NCBI RefSeq assembly: GCF_006345805.1
Contig: NC_042997.1
Location: 131,936,001 to 132,000,000 of the forward strand
From: Octopus sinensis
Lineage: Eukaryota
DNA: 64,000 nucleotides
Direction of reading: 5' to 3'
Every line of letters begins with the position of its first letter. The stretch's first letter is position 1. The notes beneath the pieces were generated by a model. The model ran no database searches and was not told where the DNA came from. It saw only the letters and a list, made by a program, of their open reading frames with translations. Positions 1 through 12,170 of the stretch are shown here, one piece after another. The translations under genes and the position numbers were made by a program.

Positions 1-91
1 TTACTTTTGACAATCTTTTTCTAAAGAGTGAAACCAGTAAAGTAAATAAACATCTTTTAAAATTGCATTTTCAAACCTTCTTTCGTGTATA

Positions 92-122
<31 letters not shown>

Positions 123-123
123 A

Positions 124-307
124 TTATGAGTATAATTATAATTAGGGTTCAGCAAAAAAATTTGCTTTACCACATAACGAACTTTAGAAATAGCAGTCAA
201 AGAACTTAGCTATTTCTTCTACTATAAGAAATGGCTGCTATTTCTAAAGTTCGGTATGTGGTGAAGCAAATTTTTTTGCTGAACTCTAATTATAATTATA
301 CTCATAA
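124..307. repeat. Fold-back hairpin, 73-bp arms (70/73 match), 38-bp spacer; probable MITE
   Basis: Arms 124-196 and 235-307 compared base by base. Confidence 0.92.
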
Positions 308-837
308 TTATAAAAAATATTGTTTAAAGTTTACCGAAAATGGTCCTTTTAACATGCCGAATACTACTTGGTGGAATTATTAATTATTAATTAATTTTAC
401 CCTTTATTATTATTGATTATATATATATATATATAGGTTATGAGAATATCTGACCACTCACCCATTTAAACTAGCACTTACTTGACATATCATCATTATC
501 CATTGTTTCATTAAATTATAACCAATTAGATAATTGACACACATCCATTCATATAATTAACACATATCCAGTTATACAATTAACACTTTTCTGTTTCAGC
601 TCAACAGCATTTTTCCATAACAAACTAAATGAAGTTACTAAAAGAAATGACACTGTGTTTCCAGTTCACTTCTACAATCATCATCATTTAACATCCGTTT
701 TGCCATCTGGCATGTCTCAAATGGTTCGGCAGGAACTGGTGAGTTAGAAGACTGCATCAAACTCCAATGTTTACTTTGGCATAGCTTTTATGCCCTTCCT
801 AATGCCGCCACATTACAGAGTGTACTGGATGATTTCT

Positions 838-1054
838 TATTTCTTTATTGCCCACAAGGGGCCAAATAAAGACAGGCAAAGGGATTAAGTTGATTACATC
901 GACCCCAGTGCGTAACTGGTACTTAATTTATCGACCCTGAAATGATGAAAAGCAAAGTCGACCTCGGCGGAGTTTCAACTCAGAATGTAACGGCAGACGA
1001 TATACCGGTCAGCATTTTGCCCGGCATGCTAATGTTTCTGCCAACTCGCCGCCT
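838..1054 (-). mobile_element. tRNA-derived SINE family A, full length, 19-bp TSD
   Basis: Minus strand aggcggcgagttggcagaaac...ctgagttgaaactccgccgaggtcgactttgc...aaagaaataag. TSD agtgtactggatgatttct at 819-837 and 1071-1089. Confidence 0.88.
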
Positions 1055-1922
1055 TATCATAAAATCATCCAGTGTACTGGATGATTTCTACTTGAGACAA
1101 AACACAAACGGATGACTTTTCACAATTTTTCCTAAGCTAACAGAAACATCAACCAAATCTCCTTAAAATCACACACTAATATCATGAAAATATGAAGATG
1201 GGCAAGTTGGATGACAAAGTCCTAGATACTGATATTGCGAAAAGAAAAACAAGTGATAGTCACAGCTGGAATGGCCTTGATTATTGGCTTTACTTGATCA
1301 TTGGCACAAAGCAACAACAAATGGTAACCAAGATATGCATTATCATTAAAACAAATAGTTGCCTGATTTTCTTCAACACTTTCATATCAAACAAGAACAA
1401 ACACAGGCATATATGCATGACAACCTAATCTAATAGATTAAGATCTTTTTGGTTAAGAGGTCAGAGCAAGTTGGGAGTGGCATTGCAAGTAAAACTTCCT
1501 ATTTTGCAGTGGCCAAACAAAAGTGTAGATATTTAAACTGAATAAAATCCCTCCTTACTCATATATGAATGTTCAGTATTGAGTAACAAGCACCAACAAT
1601 AACAAGGCAAACCAACATGGGAAACAACAGCCAAATCACACATCAAGTAAGCAACAACAGTTTCTACCATAGGCATGAGGCCTCACATTAGGCAGAAGGT
1701 TATCAATTACACCGGCTACACTATCTGAATGGTACTTACTTTGTCAACACCAGAATGGTGAAAGACAAAGTCTAATCCAATGGGATTTGAACTCAGAATG
1801 CAAAACAATGTCACTAAATAGTGGAAAGTATTATGCTCAAAGCTCTACCAACATTATCAACCTTTCACTCAAGTGAAATAGACAATGACAATTATAGCTA
1901 CATTGAGGTCTTCTGACTGTAA

Positions 1923-2040
1923 AGGGGAGATGGGTTCAACTCCAAAACAGGTTAAAAAAAATGGGGAGATGGGTTCAACTTCAAAACAGAGCTATAAGAA
2001 AAGGGGGAGATAGGTTTAACTTCAAAATAAAACTATAAAG
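1923..2040 (+). repeat. Minisatellite, three units of about 40 bp
   Basis: ggggagatgggttcaact(c/t)caaaaca... repeated three times. Confidence 0.8.
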
Positions 2041-2577
2041 TTCATCTGGTTTCTTTACTAGTCTTGAAATTCCTTCAGTCACCAAGACCTCTCAAAATTC
2101 AATGCTTATCATCATCATCATCATCATCATCATCATCGTTTAATGTCCGTTTTCCGCACCAGGCTCCAGTCTGATCTGGCAGTGTTTCTACAGCTGGATG
2201 CCCTTCCTAATGCCAACCACTCCGTGAGTGTAGTGGGTGCTTTTTACGTGCCACCGGCACAGGTGCCAGAGGAGGCTGGCAGCGGCCACGATCAGTTATA
2301 AATCAAGAATAGGAGAGAGATGGAAGATAGTTGATTACACACCAGTTTATAAGGTACACACAGATATATTACTTATGGGTTCAATCCCATCCTATGTAGC
2401 AGCAATCACTGGATGATTTTTTTTTTTACTTACTACACTATCCATCAAAGTGTGGTGCTATGGAAAGTAAGGTCCACTTGGAAACAGTGCAATACTTCAT
2501 TGCAATCTACCAGTCTTGCAGATAAATAATCCTGTAGATCCTTGGTTTCAGTCTTTCAAATGTTCTTTCTTTCTTTC

Positions 2578-3002
2578 TTTTCTTTTCTTTTATTCTTTTA
2601 TTTGTTTCAGTCATTTGACTGTGGCCATACTGGAGCACTGCCTTTAGTCAAGCAAATCAACCCCAGGTCTTATTCTTTGTAAGCATAGTACTTATTCTAT
2701 CGGTTTCTTTTGCTGAACCGCTAAGTAATGGGGACATATACACACCAGCATCGGTTGTCAAGCAATGTTTGAGTGGGTGGGGGGAGGACAAACACAGACA
2801 CACAAACATATACATGTATATATATATATATATACATACGATGGGTTTCTTTCAGTTTCCGTCTTCCAAATCCACTCACAAGGCTTTGGTCGGCCCGAAG
2901 CTATAGTAAAAGACTCTTGCCCAAGGTGCCACGCAGTGGGACTGAACCCGGAACCATGTGGTTGGTAAGCAAGCTACTTACCACACAGCCACTCCTGCGC
3001 CT
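2578..3002 (-). mobile_element. tRNA/CORE-type SINE family B (probably related to the octopus OR2 SINE); about 25 full or partial copies in the window
   Basis: Head aggagtggctgtgtggtaag...gggttcagtcccactgcgtggcaccttgggcaag (B box plus a CORE-like ccttgggcaag), internal (TA/CA)n, tail ...gactgaaacaaataaaag. The OR2 label is from memory and unverified. Confidence 0.8.
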
Positions 3003-3387
3003 ATCTTTAAGTTTATTCCCTCTTATGGGTAAAAATCCAAACCTTTTACATATATTCATTACAAATAACTGTTGTGATTCAACTCGAGTCTAAAAACTAA
3101 TTATTTTATAATGTTTAGACAAAAAATACAGTTGTTAATTACTGGTTTCTAGCAGGCTAGTTGCTGATTTGTTGCACTTCTGATGGTGACAAGGAGTGAC
3201 AAGGGAGCATCTGTAACTCAATGCAGAATAATATCTCAAGGAACTTCACTTATAATACAGAATTGCTTTCTTTCTGATGTTTATATCTTTGTTGGTACAT
3301 ACATAGATGAAGGACAAATGCACACAGACACACCTACATATGCAATGTGCTTCGGTAAAATATCTGTCTATCAAATTCCAGGGACAA

Positions 3388-3745
3388 TCATCCTCATCAT
3401 CATTTAACGTCCGTTTTCCATGCTAGCATGGGTTGGAAGGTTCGACCGGGGTCTGGTAAGCCATGGAGGCTGCACCAGGCTCCAGTCTGATTTGGCAGTG
3501 TTTCTAAAGCTGGATGCCCTTCCTAACGCCAACCACTCCATGAGTGTAGTGGGTGCTTTTTACGTGCCACCAGCACAGGGGCCAGATGAGGCTGGCAAAC
3601 GGCCACGATCGGTTGGTGCTTTTATGTGTCACCGACACGGACACCAGTCAGGCGGCACTGGCATCTGCCATGTTCGGACGGTGCTTTTTATGTGTCACCA
3701 GCACACGTGTCTTAACTACAATTTCCATTTGATTTTTATCAATGT
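3388..3745 (-). mobile_element. RTE-type 3' module, variant with aactacaatttccatttgattt extension
   Basis: Same core. The extension is shared with copies at about 37690-38050 (+) and 46105-46475 (-). Confidence 0.8.
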
Positions 3746-4654
3746 GTTGGTTAACTCAAAGCTAAAATACAAATTATAAGATGCTTGCACAGTGAGATTG
3801 AACTTGGGCCCATGCAGTTGTGAAGCAAACTTCTTAGCAACACAGCCACGTTTATGGAAACATATTTCGTTGGTCCCTAAAACAAGACATACATTGCCCT
3901 TAGCAACAAAGCTAGACATTTGTTCATTTCAAACACCTACTTTATGTGCTTGCATGCATTTGAGCCTTTCCCCTCTGGTGTTTCATTGTTAATATGGTCT
4001 AGCTTTGGAATTAATGCTAATTGTTGGAATAATTACCAACAGTAACTGAATAAGGAACTAAAGAAGTTTGTCTAACTACATGTAATAATAGCAAAGAGAG
4101 ATTTCTAAATATCAATATGCCACCTCTACTTGGTTAATAGTGTGTAGTGCATATATCATTCACACTTCTATAATTGTAATAATTATATAATTATAATTTT
4201 TCCACTTCTGATAATTATATTTACTAATGACTCATAATAGAAAAAAAACGAAAAGGAAATGAATTAAAAAATTACAAACACAGACAAGTGTCTATCAGAA
4301 ATATTGATTTGTTTTTGTTTTTTTTACATAGTTAACAAACAATCAGAAAAACTCATTACTTTATAATTGGCTCCGTTCCACTTACAAACCATCAAAGGGT
4401 ACCAACAACATTGTTAGAAAGACCTTGGCAGAAATAGAAACAAATCTCACAAGATCTTTCATAGAAAAATTTTGTATTTTTCACTTTGAAGACAGTAGAA
4501 TGGTGTAGAAATAGTGTAGAAGACACAACTTCATGGTACCAACACTGTTATCTCTTGAATATTTCTAAGTGCAAATTTCATTAGGTTCAATTCTACAGCT
4601 CTCTGCTGACAATACCAGGGAATGGTAACAGTCATATCCATATATATTTTCATT

Positions 4655-4965
4655 TATTTATGCACCCCTTTCAAGCCTAACCAGGCTCATGGGCCTGGTT
4701 TCCCGGTTTCTGTGGCGTATGTGTTCCTCCCAGCTGGACGGGACGCGAATCTATCGCAGTGTTACTCAAGAAACAGGAAGAAAGAGTGAGAGAAAGTTGG
4801 GGCGAAAGAGTATAACAGGAGTCGCCACCATCCCCTGCCGGAGCCTCATGGAGCTTTTAGGTGTTTTCGCTCAATAAACACACACAACACCCAATCTGGG
4901 AATTGAAACCGCGATCCTCCGACCGTGCGTCTGCTGCCCTAACCACTGGGCCATTGTGCCTCCAC
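4655..4965 (-). mobile_element. tRNA-derived SINE family E
   Basis: Minus strand gtggaggcacaatggcccagtggttagggcagc...ggtttcaattccc (A and B boxes), body ...ctttctctcactctttcttcctgtttct, own 3' tail. Confidence 0.8.
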
Positions 4966-6057
4966 TGAATTCATATATATATATATATATAGTCCCACCC
5001 ATGCTAGCATGGAAAGCAGATGCTAAATGATGATGATATATATATCATCATTATCATTTAACATTCAAGATCCATACTGGCATGGGTTGGATGGATTGAC
5101 AGGATCTTATAGGCCCAAGGACTGCATTATGTTCCAGTGTCTGCTTTGGCAAGGTTTCTACAATTGGATACCCTTCCTAACTACTTTACAGCATATACTC
5201 GTGCTTCTTTCTTGACGCCAGCAATAACGAGGCCATCATGTAGTTTGAAAGTCGAACAGCCTTGAGTGGACAACTTTCTGCCTGGATATGAGGGACAAAA
5301 GATGGGTAGAAGGTGATGGACAGGATGTACGTGATTTTCATTGTTAGAATTATTCTGTTGCTCAGTTTGACATCACTAGCTGGCCCTTAGGTGGCCTTAT
5401 CAAGGTACACACTATTGGAAGCATTTAGACAAGGTTTCACTCTGAGAACACACTTCCTTTTCCTCCATCACTATTGCGAGCCCTGTGAAATATTAATGGT
5501 TGCTGCCCTTCCTCTTCTGACTTAGATTTTGTTTTGTATTTTCTTAGTTCAACTTACAGTAGCTTTTCTAAGCCAGCAGAGCCTAGCATTATCTCTAACA
5601 GTGGTGGCCATCCATCCAACACATATTTTTTCTGTCCCTTTACTCAGAAGGGACAGCTGTGCTCATAACTCTTTACAGAACCTCTGAGACTGATAGGAAG
5701 GAGAGAGGAAGATCACTTGAAATAAGAACCTTCGCCCAAATGTTTGCAACAGAGTGGACTCCAGTAAAGGCATCAAAGGACCAGGTAATGGTGTTAAACC
5801 AACCGATGGATTAAGTCTAGACTTAAGTAGAGGCCATGACAAGATTTGAACTCAGAACTTAAAGAGGCAGAACAAATACCACAAGTCAGCCATCTGATGT
5901 TCTAACATTTCTGCCTGTCCACTGGAGAAAATGAAAGGTAAAGTTGGCCTTAGTAAGATTTAAACTCAGGATATAAAATGCCAGAGGCACTAGTGTGTGT
6001 GTGTAAGTGAAAACAATAACAGCAATACCGAGAATCAATATTAAAAACAGGATTTAC

Positions 6058-6210
6058 CTGACCAATTATATCGCTTGGTACCCATCCATCGGAATTTTTC
6101 ACTGTCTGCAAGAACATCACCATAATAACCATAACCAACCAATGAAACACTATAGCGTACAAGCTGGTCCCTTTGGTATATAGAACAGCAGTCTATATTC
6201 ATGGAGTCCC
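6058..6210 (-). CDS. CERK: Ceramide kinase, most 3' exon found (153 nt, phase 1 to 1)
   Basis: DSMNIDCCSIYQRDQLVRYSVSLVGYGYYGDVLADSEKFRWMGTKRYNWSG (CERK-typical RYSVSL.GYG.YGD...DSEK.RW.G..RY..SG). Acceptor ttattattag, donor G|gtaaat. The next exon was not found in 1-6057. Confidence 0.96.
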
Positions 6211-6687
6211 CTAATAATAATATAAAAAGACAAAAAAAAAAACACAAATAGTTTTTACTTTCTCATTGCAAAAGAGTATTAAATATCAATACAGTTAATA
6301 TCAATAAATTAATGCAGTTAATATTAATAAATCAATATTAATTGTATTAAATTAAATCATTAATTGCATAGTGAAAAGCAAGAATCAAAATGATGACCTG
6401 AATATCTATTCTTAATAAGTTCTGACAAATTTGAATACAAATATGTTAACAGCTGTTACATTCATAAAACACTTGATTCATAAGTGCATTAGAGTATTAA
6501 ATTAGGTGACAAACTGTATTCAGTTAAACAAAAATTCGCTTACAGCTCAAGCAAGCTGAACCCCTATTCCACCTCCGACAAAAACGTTAACACTTGTTTA
6601 TGACATGACTACTACTTTTGGAAACTTAGCAATGTTAGTATTTATATTTTGTGTCTACAAGCAACAATAAACTAAACTGACAATTAA

Positions 6688-6903
6688 CCCTTTCAATACC
6701 AACCTGGCTGAAACTTGCTCTGTAGTACAAATATTTTGTTTTCATAAGTTCTGAATTAAAATCTTCCACCAAACCTTAGTCACAATTTATGTTCCTAACA
6801 CAAGCTGAATGATAACTCAGCTATTTTACTAAATTCTTTGTTATATTTAAAATTAATTGAAAGAAACACAGAGCATCTCAATAGAAATATGGTAACAAAA
6901 GAG
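6688..6903. mobile_element. piggyBac-type MITE (TTAA-flanked), family 1
   Basis: TTAA|ccctttcaatacc ... ggtaacaaaagag|TTAA. Homologous to 51539-51685. Confidence 0.8.
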
Positions 6904-8003
6904 TTAAGAATACAGCAACCCCCTCTCTCTCTCTCTCTTTCGGAGAGGCACTGAGCAGCTATACGCACATATACACACACGGCAGTTACTTCCACCTACC
7001 GAATTCAATCACAAAGCTCCGGTCGGCTCGAGGCTATAGTGGAAGACACCTACCCAAAGTGCCACGCAGTGGGACTGAACCCGAAACCATGTAGCTAGGA
7101 AGCAAGCTCCCTAACCACACAGCCATGCCCGCGCCTACATGTTGCTAAAATTATTACTGGCAATAACAAAGACCTGGAAATAGAGGTAACTCGAATGTGG
7201 AGTTTAAAACCAGAAACAATTCCTATCATAGTAGGCACATTAGGTATGATAAAAAAAATATTCAGACAAATACATAACAAAAACACCAGGACTAACAAGT
7301 ACATATAACATGCAGAAAATAGCACTACTAGGCACTGCACACATCCTATGTAAAAGAGCATCACAGCAAACCACAGCACATACCCAAGGCACACAGAGCT
7401 GTGCTCGGTAGTGCAGTGAAAGCCTGTGATAAAAATATACTTATTATAATAATAATAATACTTTCTACTATAGGCACATGGTCTGATATTTTGGGGGAAG
7501 GGACTAGTCAATTACATCAACCCCAGTGCGTAACTGGTACTTATTTCATCAACCCCGAAAGGATGAAAGGCAAAAATCAACCCTGGTGGAATTTGAACTC
7601 AGAACATAAAGATGGATGTAATGGTGCTAAGCATTTTGCCTGGCATGCTAACGATTCTGCCAGCTCACTGCCTTAAGACCTGTAAACATTGTCAAAAGTA
7701 CTCTTAAATGTACACAATAGCAAATGCCTTTTACTGTCATCTTAAGATCACACTACTATCATCTTGTAATCAAATTACTTTTAAAACAAACTTAATTTTC
7801 TTATGTCTTGACAGACATTTTCTAGAACAATACTTTGTGCAAAACCAAAAATATGGCTCCCTAGTCATAGCAACAACTTAAACTTCTAACTTGTTGTCAC
7901 TTTAAGTGTCTGGGTGAAACTTGGAGGCAATTTGTACAAATAGAAAGCAAAAGTCAAACATAATAATAATAATATTAATAACAATAATAATAATAATAAT
8001 AAA

Positions 8004-8556
8004 TGATATGCCCTGATGCAGTACTAGGCAGTGGCTCTCGTGGCTTCTGATCTTAACTGATTGGAAGTGTTATCATGTACATTGTTTTGTCTTGGTATAA
8101 AAGATGGGCTACAGCAAATATTCTGCTCAATACTACAGATTTGCTTATCAGTTGTTTGATAAACAGTTGAGCATGTCCCTTAGTGGCTGACGATATGTGC
8201 ATCTCTGATCATGAGCAGACGTAGTGGGGGAGCATCATAGCCATTTTAGAGGAATTCTTTGGGGTTTGAATAATTTACCTCTGGAAACATGGGTGTTTCG
8301 TTCAACATCCTTAAACAACCTTATTCAGGGACCTTTGAGTGGGATGGGTTACTCGACCAGAAGAAAATTCTAACTGGGCCCCACCTGTAAGGTCATGTGC
8401 TGTTTATCTTGATATGAGATCACCATGTCGCGCACATGTGGTTGTGATGCATGTGCCTAGTGTACCCTTATCAGACAGGTAGTCATGATGGGTATACTGG
8501 GCTTCGTATATTTTACCCCAGTGTCACTTTGATGGCATGCACTACTCTCTCACTCA
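8004..8556. mobile_element. Unclassified 553-bp element embedded in (TAA)n
   Basis: Complex, non-coding, higher-GC block with (aat)n directly on both sides; begins TG, ends CA, internal TATAAAA at about 8095. Confidence 0.6.
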
Positions 8557-8997
8557 ATAATAATAATTTTGGCACAAGGCCAGCAGTTTTGAGGGAAAGG
8601 ACAAGTCAGTTACACTGACCACAGTGCTCAATTGGTGCTTATTTTACCAACCACCAAAGGATGTAAGGCAAAGTTGACCTTGGTGGAATTTGAACTTAGA
8701 ACATAAGGATCCTCATGAAATGTCACTAAGCATTTTGTCCAGTGCACTAACAATTCTGCCAGCTCACCATATTAATAATAATAATTTATATGCAAATATT
8801 CTGCTTTACAAGGAAAAGATACATGCCTTTCCCAGGGTTTTTCGAAAACTTTGGAATCAGTAAATGTTAATACTTTACATAACTACTAAAGTGATTTGAT
8901 TACACTAGGAATTAAAACCAAATCCTGAGGTCCATTAAGATACCTACAATAATTATAATAGTGATGATGATAGTAGATCACTACCTAATTCTTTTCT

Positions 8998-9327
8998 GTG
9001 AAGGCGCATGGCTCAGTGGTTAGAGCATCAAGCTTATGATAATGAGGTTGTGAGTTTGAATCCCACACCGGGCTGCGTGTCTTGCTCAAGACACTTTATT
9101 TCACGTTGCTCCAGTTCACTCAGCTGTAGAAATGAGTTGCGACGTCACAGGTGCCAAGCTGTATCAGCCTTTGCCTTTTCCTTGGATAACAACTGTGGTG
9201 TGGAGAGGGGAGGCTGGTATGCATGGGTGACTGCTGGTCTTCCATAAACAACCTTGCTCAGACTTGTGCCTCGGAAGGTAACTTTCTAGGTGCAAACCCA
9301 TGGTCATTCATGACCAAAGGGGGGTCT
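8998..9327 (+). mobile_element. tRNA/CORE-type SINE family D, full length
   Basis: gtgaaggcgcatggctcagtggttagagc (A box), gtgagtttgaatcc (B box), caagacactttatttcacgttgctccag (CORE-like), tail ...cccatggtcattcatgaccaaaggggg. Confidence 0.82.
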
Positions 9328-9352
9328 CAGCATATTTAAAAAAAAATAAAAT

Positions 9353-9676
9353 TGGCATTCTGTCAATTGCAACAACAAGAGTTCCTGTCGATCTGATCAA
9401 TGGAACAACCTGCTTGTAAAATTAATGTGCATGTAGCTGAGCACTCCACACACATGTGTACCCTTAATGTAGTTCTCAGGGCGATTCAGCGTGACACAGA
9501 GTGTGACAAGGCTGGCCCTTTGAATTACAGGTACAACTTGTTTTTGCGACCTGAGTGGACTGGGGCATTGTGAAATGAAGTATCTTGCCCAAGGACACAA
9601 CATGTTGCCAGAAATCAAACTCGCAACCTTACAATCTTGAGCCAAATATCCTAACGATTAAACCACATGCCTTCAC
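9353..9676 (-). mobile_element. SINE with a D-type head and a different tail (gagaactacattaagggtacac module)
   Basis: Head homologous to the 8998 element; tail shared with 11395-11490 and 63245-63345. Confidence 0.78.
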
Positions 9677-10799
9677 ATGAAAATATATTCGCAAAGTAAA
9701 TGAATGTTGAAGTGTGCTGGAACAAATTTATTTACTATTGAGATGATAAAAACACATTGATTTCAATAATCCATTTATTGATTAAGCTAAACACTTGCAA
9801 AGCCGTGTTTTCATTCAAGTTTTATTTCGTTTTCTCATTCATATCACCTGAACTAAGTTAACTATTAAAATCATTTCAAGTAGAATGACACCTGTTTGGA
9901 AAATAATGTTTTGTATACATGAATTTCTAATTAACTGTATTAACATCTCTTAATTTTTCCTTTTAAGTTTTGCATTGAATTCATTACAAAATATTAAAAA
10001 CGAAATTAATGATCACCTACATAAAGTTAATTAGAAATTTATGTACACAAAAGGTGTCTTTATTTTTGAAACAGGTGTCAATTTTATTATTTTTTTTTTA
10101 CAAGGAATAGTTTACATAGAATAACTGTTCAAGACTATTTATAAATTTAGCAAACACAAGGATTTCATTTGAATGGAAATTAACTGATTAGTTTCTTAAC
10201 AGAAGCCTGAGAGAAAAAAAAATATTTAATTTCTTTTCAAGGACTAAGGTTGTTGTTGTTTAGTCTCGGATCAGTCCTAACAAAATAGACTTATGATCGA
10301 AAACATTCCAGTTATGACCACTCCATATTTTTTTTCAAACATAGTGCATCTAAGACTATCTAATATATCCTTTCTCTATCATCATCATCATCATTTAACG
10401 TCCACTTTCGATGCTAGCATGGGTTGGAGGATTTTGACTGAGGGTTGGCGAACCAGATGGCTGCACCAGGCTCCAATCTTGATCTGGCAGAGTTTCTACA
10501 GCTGGATGCCCTTCCTAATGCCAAGATGATAGGGTCCTTCTGACTGGCCAGCTGGCTAACCCATTCATATATTGTCCAGCAAGGCAAACTGAAGCAAGTA
10601 AAAAGAATCTGAATATTAAAGCAAAATTTTAAAAATATTTTTGAGGACAAATTTATTACCTTAGCTCTGTTTTTTTCCTCCTATTTCGAGAAAGTTCACA
10701 ATTTGCACACATTTTTATTTTAATAATTTCCATTAATATTTCGTTTTTGGATTTGGTTTGCAAGATTCTTTATTTGAGTTTGTGTGTTGAAGCATATTT

Positions 10800-11040
10800 T
10801 GTTGTGTCTGGGGAGAGTCATTTTTTTTTGTGCCTTATAATTTAACACACTCACCAGTAAAATTTCCACTTATTCCTTATTTTCATTTTCCTAAAATTGT
10901 CATTGCATCTTGCAACTTTTTCAATAGTCTTGAAAGACTATTGAATAAAAACAAAAACAAGGAATAAGTGGAAATTTTACTGGTGAGTGTGTTAAATTAT
11001 AAGGCACAAAAAGAAAATGACTCTCCCCAGACACAACATT
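10800..11040. repeat. Fold-back element with arms of about 90-100 bp and a central ttcaatagtctt-ga-aagactattgaa palindrome
   Basis: tgttgtgtctgggagagtcat...cacttattcctt is mirrored by aaggaataagtg...atgactctccccagacacaaca. The left arm carries about 30 extra bp and extends to about 10660. Confidence 0.88.
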
Positions 11041-11205
11041 TCCATTAAGCTAGTAGAGAAAGGTGGCAAACTGGCAAAACCATAAGCATTACTGGCCAAC
11101 ATGCTTTGTGACATTTTGCCCCTCATTATGTTCTCAGTCCAAATTCTTTGAGGTTGACTTTACCTTTCATCCTTTCGGGGTCAATGAAATAAACACCAGC
11201 CTAGT

Positions 11206-11686
11206 TGACCATGAATGACCATGGGATTGCACCTAGAAAGTTACCCTCCCAGGCACAAGTCGGGGCAAGGTTGTTTATGGAAGACCAGTAGTCGCCCACG
11301 CATACCAGCCTCCCCTTTCCATGCACCGATGTTATCCAAGGAAAAGGCAGATACAGCTTGGCACTTGTGACATCGCAGCTCATTTATTAACATGCAAGTG
11401 GCTGAGCACTCCACAGACACGTGTACATTTAACGTAGTTCTCGGGGAGATTCAGCATGACATGGCTGGCCCTTTGAAATACACGTACAACAGAAACAGGA
11501 AGAAAGAGTGAGAGAAAGTTGTGGTGAAAGAGTACAGCAGGGTTCACCACCACTCCCTGCCAGAGCCTCATGGAGCTTTAGGTGTTTTCACTCAATAAAC
11601 AATCACAATGCCTGGTCTGGGAATCGAAACCGCGATCCTACAACCGCGAGTCCGCTGCCCTAACCACTGGGCCATTGCGCCTCCAC
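11206..11686 (-). mobile_element. Chimeric SINE (E head and body + aactacg module + D tail), 15-bp TSD, nested in an old family-A SINE
   Basis: TSD aaacaccagcctagt at 11191-11205 and 11687-11701. Host SINE halves at about 11050-11190 and 11702-11790. Confidence 0.88.
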
Positions 11687-12095
11687 AAACACCAGCCTAG
11701 TACTGGGGGCTTAATGTAATCGACTAGCTCTCTCTCCTACAAAATTTCTGGTCTGGTCTGGTGCCTGTAGTAAAAAGGATTATTGATGGAGAGAAAAAGG
11801 GGACAAAATGCTGAGCAGCATTTCTTCCGACTGTTTACATTCTGGGTTGACTTTGAAGGTTCAGTTTGCCTTTCATCTTTTCAAGGGCCAATAGGATAAA
11901 GTAAACCAAAATCTGAATCACTGCTCCTGTGCAAGAAATTATTAATAACATTATTGTTGTTTCTTCGTAACCCTAGCCCTGATGAACATCATCTATTTTC
12001 TCTCTCACAGCATCATAATCCATTGTCAGAGAATATAACTTAGCTATAAGGGTAAAAAGACAGAAATGAAAATAATTATGTTGAGGAAGTCTTAC

Positions 12096-12170
12096 CGGTA
12101 ATGATATGTAAGGCTGATGTTACAGGGTCATTGATACCAACTGTTGAATAGACAACTGTATCTGTAGAAC
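12096..12170 (-). CDS. CERK: Ceramide kinase exon (75 nt, phase 1 to 1)
   Basis: GSTDTVVYSTVGINDPVTSALHIITG (CERK-typical GSTD...STVG..D..TSALHI..G). Acceptor ttctttcaag, donor G|gtaaga. Confidence 0.96.

Noticed and set aside
2434-2531. AG...GTAAGT-bounded 98-nt segment as the next CERK exon
   Set aside because: Stop codon in the required frame and no CERK similarity.
5290-5700. Protein-like stretches here and at about 13860-14150 and 52480-52720
   Set aside because: Short, interrupted by stops and without recognisable motifs; cannot be supported without a search.
8998-9075. tRNA genes at SINE heads (also 11610-11686, 24945-25035 and others)
   Set aside because: A and B boxes are present, but I could not fold a complete cloverleaf and each runs into SINE body sequence.
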